From Shigella phage vB_SboM_Phaginator: DNA of 64,000 nucleotides. Position numbers and translations under genes: made by a program. The DNA is taken from sequence record OL615012; one strand, 5' to 3'. The notes under the pieces were generated by a model that saw nothing but the letters and a program-made list of their open reading frames with translations, was not told where the DNA came from and did no database searches. Of the stretch, positions 38,557 to 48,383 are shown piece by piece; the stretch's first letter is position 1; each line of letters opens with the position of its first letter.

Positions 38557-40122
38557 ATGACTATCAAAACTAAAGCTGAACTTTTGAACAAATGGAAGCC
38601 ATTACTGGAAGGTGAAGGTTTACCGGAAATTGCTAATAGCAAACAAGCGATTATCGCTAAAATCTTTGAAAACCAGGAAAAAGATTTCCAGACAGCTCCG
38701 GAATATAAAGACGAAAAAATTGCTCAGGCATTCGGTTCTTTCTTAACAGAAGCTGAAATCGGTGGTGACCACGGTTACAATGCTACCAACATCGCCGCAG
38801 GTCAGACTTCTGGCGCAGTAACTCAGATTGGCCCAGCTGTTATGGGTATGGTACGTCGTGCTATTCCTAACCTGATTGCTTTCGATATTTGCGGTGTTCA
38901 AGCGATGAGCAGCCCAACCGGTCAGGTATTCGCACTCCGCGCGGTATATGGTAAAGATCCGATCGCTGCCGGTGCTAAAGAAGCATTCCACCCAATGTAT
39001 GGTCCAGATGCAATGTTCTCTGGTCAGGGTGCTGCTAAGAAATTCGCTGCTTTGAAAGCAAGTGATACTCTTGAAGTCGGAACTATTTACACCCACTTCT
39101 TCCAGGAAACTGGTACTGTATATCTGCAAGCTACAGAAGTTAAACAAATTGATACTAGTGCAACTGATGCAGCTAAATTAGATGCTGAAATTAAGAAACA
39201 AATGGAAGCTGGTGTACTGGTAGAAATCGCTGAAGGTATGGCTACTTCTATCGCTGAACTTCAGGAAGGTTTCAACGGTTCTACCGATAACCCATGGAAT
39301 GAAATGGGCTTCCGTATCGATAAACAAGTTATCGAAGCTAAATCTCGCCAGCTGAAAGCTGCTTACTCTATTGAATTAGCACAAGACCTCCGCGCTGTTC
39401 ATGGTATGGATGCTGATGCTGAACTGTCTGGTATTCTGGCTACCGAAATCATGCTGGAAATCAACCGCGAAGTTGTTGATTGGATTAACTACTCAGCACA
39501 GGTTGGTAAATCTGGTATGACCCTGACTCCGGGTTCTAAAGCTGGTGTATTTGACTTCCAGGATCCGATTGATATTCGTGGTGCTCGCTGGGCTGGTGAA
39601 TCATTTAAAGCTCTGTTGTTCCAGATTGACAAAGAAGCAGTTGAAATTGCTCGTCAAACCGGTCGCGGCGAAGGTAACTTCATTATCGCTTCCCGTAACG
39701 TAGTTAACGTTCTGGCTTCAGTTGATACCGGCATTTCTTATGCTGCACAAGGTCTGGCTACCGGCTTTAACACTGATACTACCAAGTCAGTATTTGCTGG
39801 TGTTCTGGGTGGTAAATACCGCGTATATATCGACCAGTATGCTAAACAGGATTACTTCACTGTAGGTTATAAAGGTCCGAACGAAATGGATGCTGGTATT
39901 TACTATGCTCCATATGTAGCTCTGACTCCGCTGCGCGGTTCCGATCCGAAGAACTTCCAACCAGTAATGGGATTCAAAACTCGTTACGGTATCGGTATCA
40001 ACCCATTTGCAGAATCCGCTGCTCAGGCTCCGGCTTCTCGCATCCAGAGCGGTATGCCTTCTATCCTGAACAGCCTTGGTAAAAACGCTTACTTCCGCCG
40101 TGTATATGTTAAAGGTATCTAA
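38557..40122 (+). CDS. 23: gp23 major capsid protein
   Basis: 521 aa; N-terminus MTIKTKAELLNKWKPLLEGEGLPEIANSKQAIIAKIFENQEKDFQTAPEYKDEKIAQAFGSFLTEAEIGGDHGYNATNIAAGQ matches T4 gp23. Confidence 0.97.
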   Translation: MTIKTKAELLNKWKPLLEGEGLPEIANSKQAIIAKIFENQEKDFQTAPEYKDEKIAQAFGSFLTEAEIGGDHGYNATNIAAGQTSGAVTQIGPAVMGMVRRAIPNLIAFDICGVQAMSSPTGQVFALRAVYGKDPIAAGAKEAFHPMYGPDAMFSGQGAAKKFAALKASDTLEVGTIYTHFFQETGTVYLQATEVKQIDTSATDAAKLDAEIKKQMEAGVLVEIAEGMATSIAELQEGFNGSTDNPWNEMGFRIDKQVIEAKSRQLKAAYSIELAQDLRAVHGMDADAELSGILATEIMLEINREVVDWINYSAQVGKSGMTLTPGSKAGVFDFQDPIDIRGARWAGESFKALLFQIDKEAVEIARQTGRGEGNFIIASRNVVNVLASVDTGISYAAQGLATGFNTDTTKSVFAGVLGGKYRVYIDQYAKQDYFTVGYKGPNEMDAGIYYAPYVALTPLRGSDPKNFQPVMGFKTRYGIGINPFAESAAQAPASRIQSGMPSILNSLGKNAYFRRVYVKGI

Positions 40123-40137
40123 TCTTTGACGATTTAA

Positions 40138-40166
40138 GGGACCTTCGGGTCCCTTTAGTTGTTTTT
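40138..40166 (+). terminator. rho-independent terminator after gene 23
   Basis: Hairpin GGGACC-TTCG-GGTCCC followed by a T-rich tract. Confidence 0.7.
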
Positions 40167-40170
40167 ATGG

Positions 40171-40178
40171 TATAAATA
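40171..40178 (+). promoter_or_regulatory. T4 late promoter TATAAATA for gene 24
   Basis: Exact TATAAATA 27 bp upstream of the gene 24 ATG. Confidence 0.5.
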
Positions 40179-40205
40179 AATCATATAAACCAAAAGGAAA
40201 GCGCA

Positions 40206-41489
40206 ATGGCTAAAATCAACGAACTTCTGCGCGAATCAACCACAACGAATAGCAACTCAATCGGTCGCCCAAATCTCGTTGCTTTGACTCGCGCTACCAC
40301 TAAATTAATATATTCTGACATTGTAGCAACGCAAAGAACTAATCAACCTGTTGCTGCTTTTTATGGTATCAAATACCTTAACCCAGACAATGAATTTACA
40401 TTTAAAACTGGTGCTACTTATGCTGGCGAAGCTGGATATGTAGACCGAGAACAAATCACAGAATTAACAGAAGAGTCTAAATTAACTCTCAATAAAGGCG
40501 ATTTATTCAAATATAATAATATCGTTTATAAAGTATTAGAAGATACACCATTTGCTGATATTGAAGAAAGCGATTTAGAATTAGCTCTTCAGATTGCAAT
40601 TGTTCTTTTAAAGGTTCGTCTATTTTCTGACGCAGCGTCAACAAGCAAATTTGAAAGCTCTGATAGTGAAATTGCGGATGCTAGATTCCAGATTAATAAA
40701 TGGCAAACCGCAGTTAAATCTCGTAAACTTAAAACCGGTATCACAGTTGAATTAGCACAAGATTTAGAAGCAAATGGATTCGATGCTCCTAATTTCTTGG
40801 AAGATTTGCTTGCAACCGAAATGGCGGATGAAATCAATAAAGATATTTTACAATCTTTGATTACCGTATCAAAACGCTATAAAGTTACAGGAATTACTGA
40901 TACTGGATTCATTGATTTGAGTTATGCATCTGCACCTGAAGCTGGTCGTTCATTATACCGAATGGTATGCGAAATGGTTTCGCATATCCAAAAAGAATCA
41001 ACTTATACAGCAACGTTCTGTGTTGCTTCTGCTCGTGCCGCTGCGATTCTTGCTGCATCAGGTTGGTTAAAACATAAACCAGAAGATGATAAATATCTTT
41101 CACAAAATGCCTATGGGTTCTTAGCTAATGGTTTACCGCTTTATTGCGATACTAACAGCCCATTAGATTATGTAATCGTTGGCGTAGTAGAAAATATCGG
41201 TGAAAAAGAAATTGTCGGATCAATTTTCTATGCTCCGTATACAGAAGGTCTTGACTTAGATGACCCTGAACATGTAGGTGCATTTAAAGTTGTAGTTGAC
41301 CCAGAAAGCTTACAACCATCTATCGGTTTATTGGTTAGATATGCTTTATCTGCAAATCCTTACACTGTAGCAAAAGATGAAAAAGAAGCAAGAATAATTG
41401 ATGGTGGAGACATGGATAAAATGGCGGGTCGTTCAGATTTGTCTGTTTTATTAGGTGTTAAACTACCAAAAATTATTGTTGATGAATAA
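40206..41489 (+). CDS. 24: gp24 capsid vertex protein
   Basis: 427 aa; paralogue of gp23; T4 gp24 length and position. Confidence 0.9.
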   Translation: MAKINELLRESTTTNSNSIGRPNLVALTRATTKLIYSDIVATQRTNQPVAAFYGIKYLNPDNEFTFKTGATYAGEAGYVDREQITELTEESKLTLNKGDLFKYNNIVYKVLEDTPFADIEESDLELALQIAIVLLKVRLFSDAASTSKFESSDSEIADARFQINKWQTAVKSRKLKTGITVELAQDLEANGFDAPNFLEDLLATEMADEINKDILQSLITVSKRYKVTGITDTGFIDLSYASAPEAGRSLYRMVCEMVSHIQKESTYTATFCVASARAAAILAASGWLKHKPEDDKYLSQNAYGFLANGLPLYCDTNSPLDYVIVGVVENIGEKEIVGSIFYAPYTEGLDLDDPEHVGAFKVVVDPESLQPSIGLLVRYALSANPYTVAKDEKEARIIDGGDMDKMAGRSDLSVLLGVKLPKIIVDE

Positions 41490-41495
41490 AGCAAA

Positions 41496-41520
41496 GGGAC
41501 CGAAAGGTCCCTTTTTATTT
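41496..41520 (+). terminator. rho-independent terminator after gene 24
   Basis: Hairpin GGGACC-GAAA-GGTCCC followed by TTTTTATTT. Confidence 0.7.
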
Positions 41521-42523
41521 AACTTACCAATTCAATCCAAGCCGGACGAAGTACATCTTGTACCATTTTAACTAATTCCTTTTTAATCAAAGAAGGATTA
41601 TCCGCTTGAGTTAGAGTAATACCTTCACGAGAAGTTTCTTCCAAAATATCTTGAACAGTTAGTCCCATCACCTTTCCAAAATCTTTTGGACCAATTTCGC
41701 CAATTTTAGAAATAACGTTATTTACTCGGTTCAGTGTAACGTAGCAAGCTAAAATTCCCAGCAATTTATTATCAGCTTCTGACAGCTCAACTTTAGCTTT
41801 AATAGGCTTATCAGACTTTTTCTTTTCACTAAATTTGGAATTCTTGCATTTAATAGCTACACGATTGCGATTAGGCAGCCAAGAAGGATAACAAGGTTTC
41901 AATACATATCCTTCAGCGGTAAATACTTCGCCTTTGGCTTCGGCATTCCAAACGCATTTATTTGCATCAACTAATCCAGCATGGTCTACTGTAAAATTAT
42001 AATCTTGGACGACAGAATCTAAATCATTTGGCAATTTAATAAGCTCTTCAAATTTACCGCGGCCTAAAAGTGGAGCCATTTTAAACCCAAATGAATTACA
42101 AAACGATTCCATCATGTAATCATCAACATAAGTTACATCACCACTTTCTGTAGTAACAATAATGTCAAATACATAAAAATCTTTATCGCCATAATCAACA
42201 TTCTTCTGAATGCCAGGTCCAGCGAATTCGCCAAAAACTTGATAAGATACAACCGCTGAAGTTTCCATAATATCTTGTACTGCTTTAATGGAATCAGCGT
42301 AATTCTTCAAAATAATTTCATACCCAAAGAAATCTTCAGCAGGAAGAATAGGACCAGTGCGTTTAGCGCAAGTTACTTTATCACGCTCAATAATTAATGA
42401 GAAATTTGTGCCGTGAATCTTTTCACGAGCCACCCATTCGCCGCCAGTCAATCCTAAACTGTAAAGTTTTTCAATAAATTTAGAGTTGTAATGATTTTCA
42501 AGACTGCTATACTTTTTAAACAT
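41519..42523 (-). CDS. rnlB: RNA ligase 2 (RnlB/Rnl2)
   Basis: 334 aa; adenylation lysine motif KIHGTN; N-terminus [41 protein letters not shown] as T4 Rnl2. Confidence 0.88.
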   Translation of the reverse strand: MFKKYSSLENHYNSKFIEKLYSLGLTGGEWVAREKIHGTNFSLIIERDKVTCAKRTGPILPAEDFFGYEIILKNYADSIKAVQDIMETSAVVSYQVFGEFAGPGIQKNVDYGDKDFYVFDIIVTTESGDVTYVDDYMMESFCNSFGFKMAPLLGRGKFEELIKLPNDLDSVVQDYNFTVDHAGLVDANKCVWNAEAKGEVFTAEGYVLKPCYPSWLPNRNRVAIKCKNSKFSEKKKSDKPIKAKVELSEADNKLLGILACYVTLNRVNNVISKIGEIGPKDFGKVMGLTVQDILEETSREGITLTQADNPSLIKKELVKMVQDVLRPAWIELVS

Positions 42524-42532
42524 AATTAATCC

Positions 42533-42811
42533 TCAGAATGTAATTTCTAACCAATCACCATCACGTTGATCACTATTGACTTTAAAATTAAATCCTTCTT
42601 TTCTCAGCCAATCACCAATTTCTTCAGTAATCAATTTATCGCGAGCAGTACAATAATAACTAAAATATGTTTTACCTTGTTCAGCTGCTTTATTAGCAAG
42701 TTCTGAAAAATCTTTAATAAAACACTCTAGCTTAAACTGTTTACTTTTAAGTGCTTTTTCGCGTAATTGATTAGCAAAAGATTCATTTTCATAAAGATCA
42801 TACTGTTCCAT
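42533..42811 (-). CDS. hypothetical protein (T4 24.2-like position)
   Basis: 92-aa ORF, ATG start, between rnlB and hoc. Confidence 0.5.
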   Translation of the reverse strand: MEQYDLYENESFANQLREKALKSKQFKLECFIKDFSELANKAAEQGKTYFSYYCTARDKLITEEIGDWLRKEGFNFKVNSDQRDGDWLEITF

Positions 42812-43013
42812 TTTTCACCTTTTTATTGATATGTCTTTTTCTATAGACAACTTTTTCTCGAGTTTCAAATTTATTCTTAGCAGTCATAGCTCGAGCCCAT
42901 AATACAGCCACTTCTTTCGCCTGTAAGTTTAATTCACGAGCAATTTCAATGAATGACTTTCCAGACTCATGAAGAGTAAACACCACAACCTCAGTTCTCA
43001 TAATCAATCTCAT
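42798..43013 (-). CDS. hypothetical small protein with helix-turn-helix-like segment (T4 24.3-like position)
   Basis: 71 aa; segment SFIEIARELNLQAKEVAVLWARA resembles an HTH; basic C-terminus. Confidence 0.45.
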   Translation of the reverse strand: MRLIMRTEVVVFTLHESGKSFIEIARELNLQAKEVAVLWARAMTAKNKFETREKVVYRKRHINKKVKNGTV

Positions 43014-43067
43014 GTTATCGAGTTGGTGCCATTATATACATCATTTTCTGAGTGTGTTTTGTGTGCT

Positions 43068-43096
43068 TTCAAAATGAAGAAAGGGGCCGAAGCCCC
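43068..43096 (-). terminator. rho-independent terminator downstream of hoc
   Basis: Hairpin GGGGCUUCGGCCCC followed by UUUCUUCAUUUU on the minus strand. Confidence 0.55.
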
Positions 43097-43102
43097 TTAC
43101 GA

Positions 43103-44521
43103 TTATGGATAGGTATAGATGATACCAGTTTCTAAAGCAGTTTTGTGAATGATGTATCCATTACGCGATTCTTGAACATCAACTTCTGGATAATCTTTCA
43201 TCATTTTCTGAAGAGTGTAACGATGCAAGTAGTATTTACTATCTGGATCTTCAGTTTTCCAATCTTTACCTTCTTCAGTCATTTTTTGTATTTCATCCAT
43301 AACCCACCAACCGCACCAGATGTAAGCTGAAGTACGATGTGGAAGAGGATGAACATAAGGTAATTCACCTTCTGGTTCCGGAGCAACTTTATCAGTCACT
43401 TGAACTTGACCTTCTGCTGTAATAGTTTTGCTATCATAATCAGTAGCAGTAACAATTGCCGTAACTTCAATAGTTTGACTTCCAATAGATGAGGTATCAA
43501 CGGTATATACATTAGTTGACCCTTCTACAGGAGAAGAATCTTTCTTCCATGAATAAGCAATTTGTGCTTCTTCTGGTGCATCAGTGACATTAGCAGTAAA
43601 TGTGGCCGAAGCATCTTGCTGAACATTAATAGAAGGAGGAGTCAATGTAACCTGTGGATTCATTGTCTTCTTATTAACTGTTAATGATACTTCATTAGAA
43701 GTAACTTCCTTTTCATTGTAATTTTCAGCAGTTACTTGAGCTACACATTTAATTCTTTTTACTCCACTTGTAGTTGGAGTATAGCTAAATGTAGAGTTAG
43801 TTTCTCCACCAACTTGTGAATCATCTACATACCACTGATACGTAGCAGATGCTCCATCAGGTTGAGAAGCTAAGGCAGCAGTAAATTGAACTGGGGTTCC
43901 AATTACTCCAGCTGAAGGACTATCGGGAGTTACTGCCAAAGTAGTTGTCTGCGTCTTTTTATTAACAGTCAGTGATACTTCATTAGAAGTAACGCTCAGT
44001 GCATCATAATTTGTCGCGGTTACTTGAGCTATGCACTTGATTTTTTTAACTCCGCTTGTGTCAGGAGTGTAATTGAATGTAGCGCTAGTCGCTTCGCTCA
44101 CAGGAGAATCGTCAACGTACCATTGATACGTAGCGTTTGCGCCCGATGGCTGCGAAGCTAAAGCGGCAGTAAATTCAACAGCTGTTCCGATTACTCCAGC
44201 GTCAGGGTTATTAGGAGTTACAGCTAAGGTAGTCGTTTGTGTCTTATTTTGAACTGTGATAGTTGTTGTCGCTTCAGCCGTTTCCGGGCCTCCTTCAGAA
44301 AGTGTATTTGTTGCAACTACTTTAATAGTCTTTTGACCGGCAGGTCCTTTTAGTACATAACTAAAAGTTGCTTCAGCTCCATCTTGTGGAACATCATCTA
44401 CAGTCCAAGCATAGGTAATAGTTCCACCTCCAGTTTCACCACTGGGTGTAGCAGTAAACTGCTGAGTCTGATCTATAACTCCAGTAGGTGTTTTAGGAGT
44501 TATATCAACTGTAAAAGCCAT
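43103..44521 (-). CDS. hoc: Hoc, highly immunogenic outer capsid protein, with an extra Ig-like domain
   Basis: 472 aa against 376 aa recalled for T4 Hoc; N-terminus MAFTVDITPKTPTGVID and C-terminal capsid-binding region conserved; extra 96-aa repeat. Confidence 0.85.
   Translation of the reverse strand: MAFTVDITPKTPTGVIDQTQQFTATPSGETGGGTITYAWTVDDVPQDGAEATFSYVLKGPAGQKTIKVVATNTLSEGGPETAEATTTITVQNKTQTTTLAVTPNNPDAGVIGTAVEFTAALASQPSGANATYQWYVDDSPVSEATSATFNYTPDTSGVKKIKCIAQVTATNYDALSVTSNEVSLTVNKKTQTTTLAVTPDSPSAGVIGTPVQFTAALASQPDGASATYQWYVDDSQVGGETNSTFSYTPTTSGVKRIKCVAQVTAENYNEKEVTSNEVSLTVNKKTMNPQVTLTPPSINVQQDASATFTANVTDAPEEAQIAYSWKKDSSPVEGSTNVYTVDTSSIGSQTIEVTAIVTATDYDSKTITAEGQVQVTDKVAPEPEGELPYVHPLPHRTSAYIWCGWWVMDEIQKMTEEGKDWKTEDPDSKYYLHRYTLQKMMKDYPEVDVQESRNGYIIHKTALETGIIYTYP
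43670..44245 (-). repeat. tandem in-frame duplication (2 x 288 bp) encoding two Ig-like domains within hoc
   Basis: Hoc residues 93-188 and 189-284 are about 80% identical, both starting KTQTTTLAVTP and ending EVSLTVNK. Confidence 0.7.
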
Positions 44522-44530
44522 AAGTTATCC

Positions 44531-45211
44531 TTATTTTAATGTTACGAAAGAAGAATTGCGTGTTTCACGAATTAAAACTGATCCGTCACGGTTAATGTAA
44601 TAAATTAAGCTAAATAAAGTTTGGTGTGCAGAAGCATGCTCAAAACTAGTTGGGTGAGATTTCCAATCAGGAGTTTCAGCAATCCATTGATAAATCCACC
44701 AAGGAACGGTACAAAATCCTGGATTTTTTCCTAATAGTTGAAGATTTGGACTAAAGTTTTCCGGAAGAGTAAATACAGACGGCTTTTCAGATTCAATAAT
44801 CTCAGCTACAGCCTGTTCGAATTTTTCTTCAACAAAAGGAGTATCTTCAATCAAAACTGAGGTATTTTCAGGAATTTTATCAGTTTCTACTACTTCAATT
44901 TTAATGTCAGATTTAACCGGAGAATCAATCAGAAGTGCTGCTTCTGGATTGACTTCTTCATCGTCATATTTTAACCCCTCTGCAGCATCAGCAGCATTGA
45001 TTAAGTCTTTAATAGATAACCCATCAGTCTCTGGCATAGGTTCACTAGCGAGCTTCTGGAGGGCTTCTTCAATATCAACAACGATATTATCAAAAGATTT
45101 ATTCTTTTTGACCTTTATACCAAACTGTTCAGCATATTCAGCTAATTTAGCTTTAGCTTCTTTGTTATCATCAAGAGCCTTCAGCTCTGCAATATAATCT
45201 TTATCTATCAT
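44531..45211 (-). CDS. inh: Inh, inhibitor of prohead protease gp21
   Basis: 226 aa, T4 Inh length and position after hoc. Confidence 0.75.
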   Translation of the reverse strand: MIDKDYIAELKALDDNKEAKAKLAEYAEQFGIKVKKNKSFDNIVVDIEEALQKLASEPMPETDGLSIKDLINAADAAEGLKYDDEEVNPEAALLIDSPVKSDIKIEVVETDKIPENTSVLIEDTPFVEEKFEQAVAEIIESEKPSVFTLPENFSPNLQLLGKNPGFCTVPWWIYQWIAETPDWKSHPTSFEHASAHQTLFSLIYYINRDGSVLIRETRNSSFVTLK

Positions 45212-45224
45212 AATATTTCCTCAG

Positions 45225-45232
45225 TATAAATA
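45225..45232 (+). promoter_or_regulatory. TATAAATA late-promoter box upstream of uvsW
   Basis: Exact TATAAATA 30 bp upstream of the uvsW ATG. Confidence 0.4.
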
Positions 45233-45261
45233 TAGATATATTTATTACATGGTATTTAGAC

Positions 45262-46773
45262 ATGACTGACATTAAAGTACATTTTTATGATTTTAGTCAC
45301 GTGAGAATTGATTGTGAAGAAAGTACATTTCATGAACTCCGTGATTTCTTTAGCTTTGAAGCTGATGGGTATCGTTTTAATCCGAAGTACAGATATGGCC
45401 ACTGGGATGGACGAATCCGTCTGTTAGATTATAATCGTCTTCTTCCATTCGGCTTAGTCGGGCAAATTAAAAAGTTCTGTGATAACTTTGGCTATAAAGC
45501 CTGGATTGACCCACAAATTAACGAAAAAGAAGAATTATCAAGAAAAGATTTTGATGAATGGCTTTCTAAATTAGAAATCTATTCAGGAAATAAAAGAATT
45601 GAACCGCACTGGTATCAAAAAGATGCAGTGTTCGAAGGATTAGTTAATCGTCGTAGAATTCTTAATCTTCCAACATCCGCTGGTAAATCGTTAATTCAAG
45701 CTTTGCTTGCGCGATATTATTTGGAAAATTATGAAGGTAAAATTCTTATCATTGTTCCAACAACTGCTCTAACAACTCAGATGGCTGATGACTTCGTTGA
45801 CTATCGTTTATTCAGTCATGCAATGATAAAGAAAATTGGTGGCGGAGCATCAAAAGATGATAAATATAAAAATGATGCACCAGTCGTTGTTGGTACATGG
45901 CAAACTGTAGTAAAACAACCAAAAGAATGGTTCTCACAGTTTGGAATGATGATGAATGATGAATGTCATCTTGCTACAGGAAAAAGTATTTCATCTATCA
46001 TATCAGGTTTAAATAACTGCATGTTTAAATTTGGTCTATCAGGTTCATTACGTGATGGCAAAGCTAATATCATGCAGTATGTTGGAATGTTTGGTGAAAT
46101 ATTTAAGCCAGTAACGACTTCTAAATTAATGGAAGATGGACAAGTAACTGAGCTAAAAATTAATAGTATTTTTCTTCGCTATCCAGATGAGTTCACTACT
46201 AAATTAAAGGGAAAAACTTACCAAGAAGAAATAAAAATTATTACTGGGCTCAGTAAAAGAAATAAATGGATCGCTAAATTAGCTATTAAGCTTGCGCAAA
46301 AAGATGAAAACGCTTTTGTCATGTTTAAACACGTATCGCACGGTAAAGCTATTTTCGATTTAATTAAAAATGAATACGATAAAGTTTATTACGTATCAGG
46401 GGAAGTTGATACCGAAACACGCAACGTAATGAAAACCTTAGCTGAAAACGGTAAAGGAATAATTATAGTAGCTAGTTATGGTGTATTTTCTACCGGTATT
46501 TCAGTTAAAAATCTGCATCACGTTGTTTTAGCACACGGTGTTAAATCTAAAATTATTGTATTGCAAACAATAGGTCGCGTATTACGTAAGCATGGTTCCA
46601 AAACAATCGCAACAGTCTGGGACCTCATAGATGATTGTGGTGTTAAGCCAAAATCTGCTAATACGAAAAAGAAATACGTTCATTTGAACTATCTTTTAAA
46701 ACACGGCATTGATCGTATTCAGCGCTACGCAGATGAAAAATTTAATTACGTAATGAAAACAGTTAATTTATAA
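45262..46773 (+). CDS. uvsW: UvsW DNA/RNA helicase (SF2)
   Basis: 503 aa; Walker A PTSAGKS, DExH box MMNDECH; T4 UvsW length. Confidence 0.9.
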   Translation: MTDIKVHFYDFSHVRIDCEESTFHELRDFFSFEADGYRFNPKYRYGHWDGRIRLLDYNRLLPFGLVGQIKKFCDNFGYKAWIDPQINEKEELSRKDFDEWLSKLEIYSGNKRIEPHWYQKDAVFEGLVNRRRILNLPTSAGKSLIQALLARYYLENYEGKILIIVPTTALTTQMADDFVDYRLFSHAMIKKIGGGASKDDKYKNDAPVVVGTWQTVVKQPKEWFSQFGMMMNDECHLATGKSISSIISGLNNCMFKFGLSGSLRDGKANIMQYVGMFGEIFKPVTTSKLMEDGQVTELKINSIFLRYPDEFTTKLKGKTYQEEIKIITGLSKRNKWIAKLAIKLAQKDENAFVMFKHVSHGKAIFDLIKNEYDKVYYVSGEVDTETRNVMKTLAENGKGIIIVASYGVFSTGISVKNLHHVVLAHGVKSKIIVLQTIGRVLRKHGSKTIATVWDLIDDCGVKPKSANTKKKYVHLNYLLKHGIDRIQRYADEKFNYVMKTVNL

Positions 46774-46798
46774 GGGCTTCGGCCCTTTGGAGAAAAAG

Positions 46799-47029
46799 AT
46801 GTTACTAGAATTTAAACAATTTCTTTATGAAGCTTCTATTGATGAATTTATGGGTAAAATTGCCTCTTGTCAAACGATAGAAGGTCTAGAAGAACTTGAA
46901 GCTTATTATAAGAAAAGAGTTAAAGAAACTGAATTAAAAGATACTGATGACATCTCAGTCAGAGATGCTTTGGCAGGAAAAAGAGCTGAATTAGAAGATT
47001 CAGATGATGAAGTAGAAGAAAGCTTTTAA
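46799..47029 (+). CDS. uvsW.1: UvsW.1 small acidic protein
   Basis: Track frame starts TTG 46787; ATG at 46799 preceded by GGAG; 76 aa. Confidence 0.65.
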   Translation: MLLEFKQFLYEASIDEFMGKIASCQTIEGLEELEAYYKKRVKETELKDTDDISVRDALAGKRAELEDSDDEVEESF

Positions 47030-47084
47030 ATTAAAAAAGGCCCAACCAAAAAGGAAGGGCCAAAACTATAGACTAAAGGTCACA

Positions 47085-47252
47085 CTATAGCAAAAGTTGT
47101 GTTTCATTTAATTGTTCTTCCGAACTTTCTGAAACTGGTAGTTCTTTAATGTAATTATAGCAAGGCCCAGGATGTACAGGACCTTTGTCTGTTTCAACAA
47201 CCAATGCAGAATCGATTGGAGTTTTACAGACAACACAAATCTTATCTGACAT
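47085..47252 (-). CDS. small Cys-rich protein (CVVC...C; putative zinc ribbon), uvsY.-2-like position
   Basis: 55-aa ORF absent from track; GAGGAG site 6 nt upstream; TATAAATA late box at 47278-47285. Confidence 0.55.
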   Translation of the reverse strand: MSDKICVVCKTPIDSALVVETDKGPVHPGPCYNYIKELPVSESSEEQLNETQLLL

Positions 47253-47280
47253 GATTGTCTCCTCTGAATTATATATCTAT

Positions 47281-47505
47281 TTATACAACTCTCATATGCA
47301 TATCAATGCCCATATCTTTAGAATAAAAATATTCATCAAGATATCCGGCAAATTTTCCTTTAATATAAAGGACATCTTCACCACACGGGTGGTCGGCCAG
47401 GATACGAATATCCTGACGCTTAAGATTATACTTTTTCATTAAGAATTGAATTTCCGTTTCAAATTCTTCTTCATAATTAAAAGCATCATCAATGTTATAT
47501 CTCAT
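47281..47505 (-). CDS. hypothetical protein (uvsY.-1-like position)
   Basis: 74-aa ORF immediately downstream of uvsY with ATGA-type overlap. Confidence 0.55.
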   Translation of the reverse strand: MRYNIDDAFNYEEEFETEIQFLMKKYNLKRQDIRILADHPCGEDVLYIKGKFAGYLDEYFYSKDMGIDMHMRVV

Positions 47506-47918
47506 TATTTTCCAGCCTCAAATGCTCGCATGTCTTGAATATGCTTAATAGCAAATCCGCGTGATTTAATAGCATCAAGAGCTCCGCTACAGAAATCTAA
47601 TAAAATCCCCCAATACTGTAACGAGGTATCAACCTTTAAAACATCCTTATCAGCTGATAGAACTGTCTTCATTTCTGATTTCTCGTAACGATCCATACTA
47701 AATTCATCACCATCTCCTCGTCCCGAGTAGTAGTCTAATTTAGCTTTAAGAGCAACTTTTTTCTGTGCATCAATTCTAAGCATTTCCTTTTTAATACTTG
47801 AATGCTTATTAAGCCATTTACTATATAACATCACATTATTAGCTGCTTCATACTGCAATTTAGTCGAATCTATAAACACATCTTTCTTCAATTCTTCTTG
47901 AAGATCTTCTAATCTCAT
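47505..47918 (-). CDS. uvsY: UvsY recombination mediator protein
   Basis: 137 aa, T4 UvsY length; N-terminus MRLEDLQEELKKDVFIDSTKLQYEAANNVMLYSKWLNK. Confidence 0.88.
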   Translation of the reverse strand: MRLEDLQEELKKDVFIDSTKLQYEAANNVMLYSKWLNKHSSIKKEMLRIDAQKKVALKAKLDYYSGRGDGDEFSMDRYEKSEMKTVLSADKDVLKVDTSLQYWGILLDFCSGALDAIKSRGFAIKHIQDMRAFEAGK

Positions 47919-47958
47919 ATTGTTCTCTATTCAATTGTTATTGGATGGACTTAGATTC

Positions 47959-47986
47959 ATTATACCACGTTTATACGTGAAGCATT
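47959..47986 (-). promoter_or_regulatory. T4 middle (MotA-dependent) promoter for uvsY
   Basis: Minus-strand MotA box AATGCTTCA, 13-bp spacer, -10 TATAAT, about 40 bp upstream of uvsY. Confidence 0.5.
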
Positions 47987-48383
47987 ATACTCTATTACTG
48001 GAAGCCAGCTGCAGTTTTATCTGCTCAATATCATCAGGATTATCGATGACCGAAAAGCGTATTTCTACTATCAGAGTATAATCATCATAAACTGGTATCA
48101 CATTAACTGATAATTTATCAATACGTGGCTCATAGTTTCTTACTGCGCTTTCGATATTGCGCTCAACCGTGTCAGCAGTAAGAGGAGTCATATTTTCAAA
48201 AAGCTGGTCTGATAAATCACATCCAAATTCAGGGTCAAACGGTCTTGAACCTTTTCTTGTTGTAATAATTCCCAAAAGACTGTTTTTAATTGACCTTAAT
48301 CCAAGCGATCTGGAAACGTCTTTGTCCCAGTCCATTTTCATTTCTGGGTCGATGTCAGAATAAAGCTTATTAATATTTGCCAT
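47985..48383 (-). CDS. 25: gp25 baseplate wedge protein
   Basis: 132 aa, T4 gp25 length and position. Confidence 0.88.
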   Translation of the reverse strand: MANINKLYSDIDPEMKMDWDKDVSRSLGLRSIKNSLLGIITTRKGSRPFDPEFGCDLSDQLFENMTPLTADTVERNIESAVRNYEPRIDKLSVNVIPVYDDYTLIVEIRFSVIDNPDDIEQIKLQLASSNRV

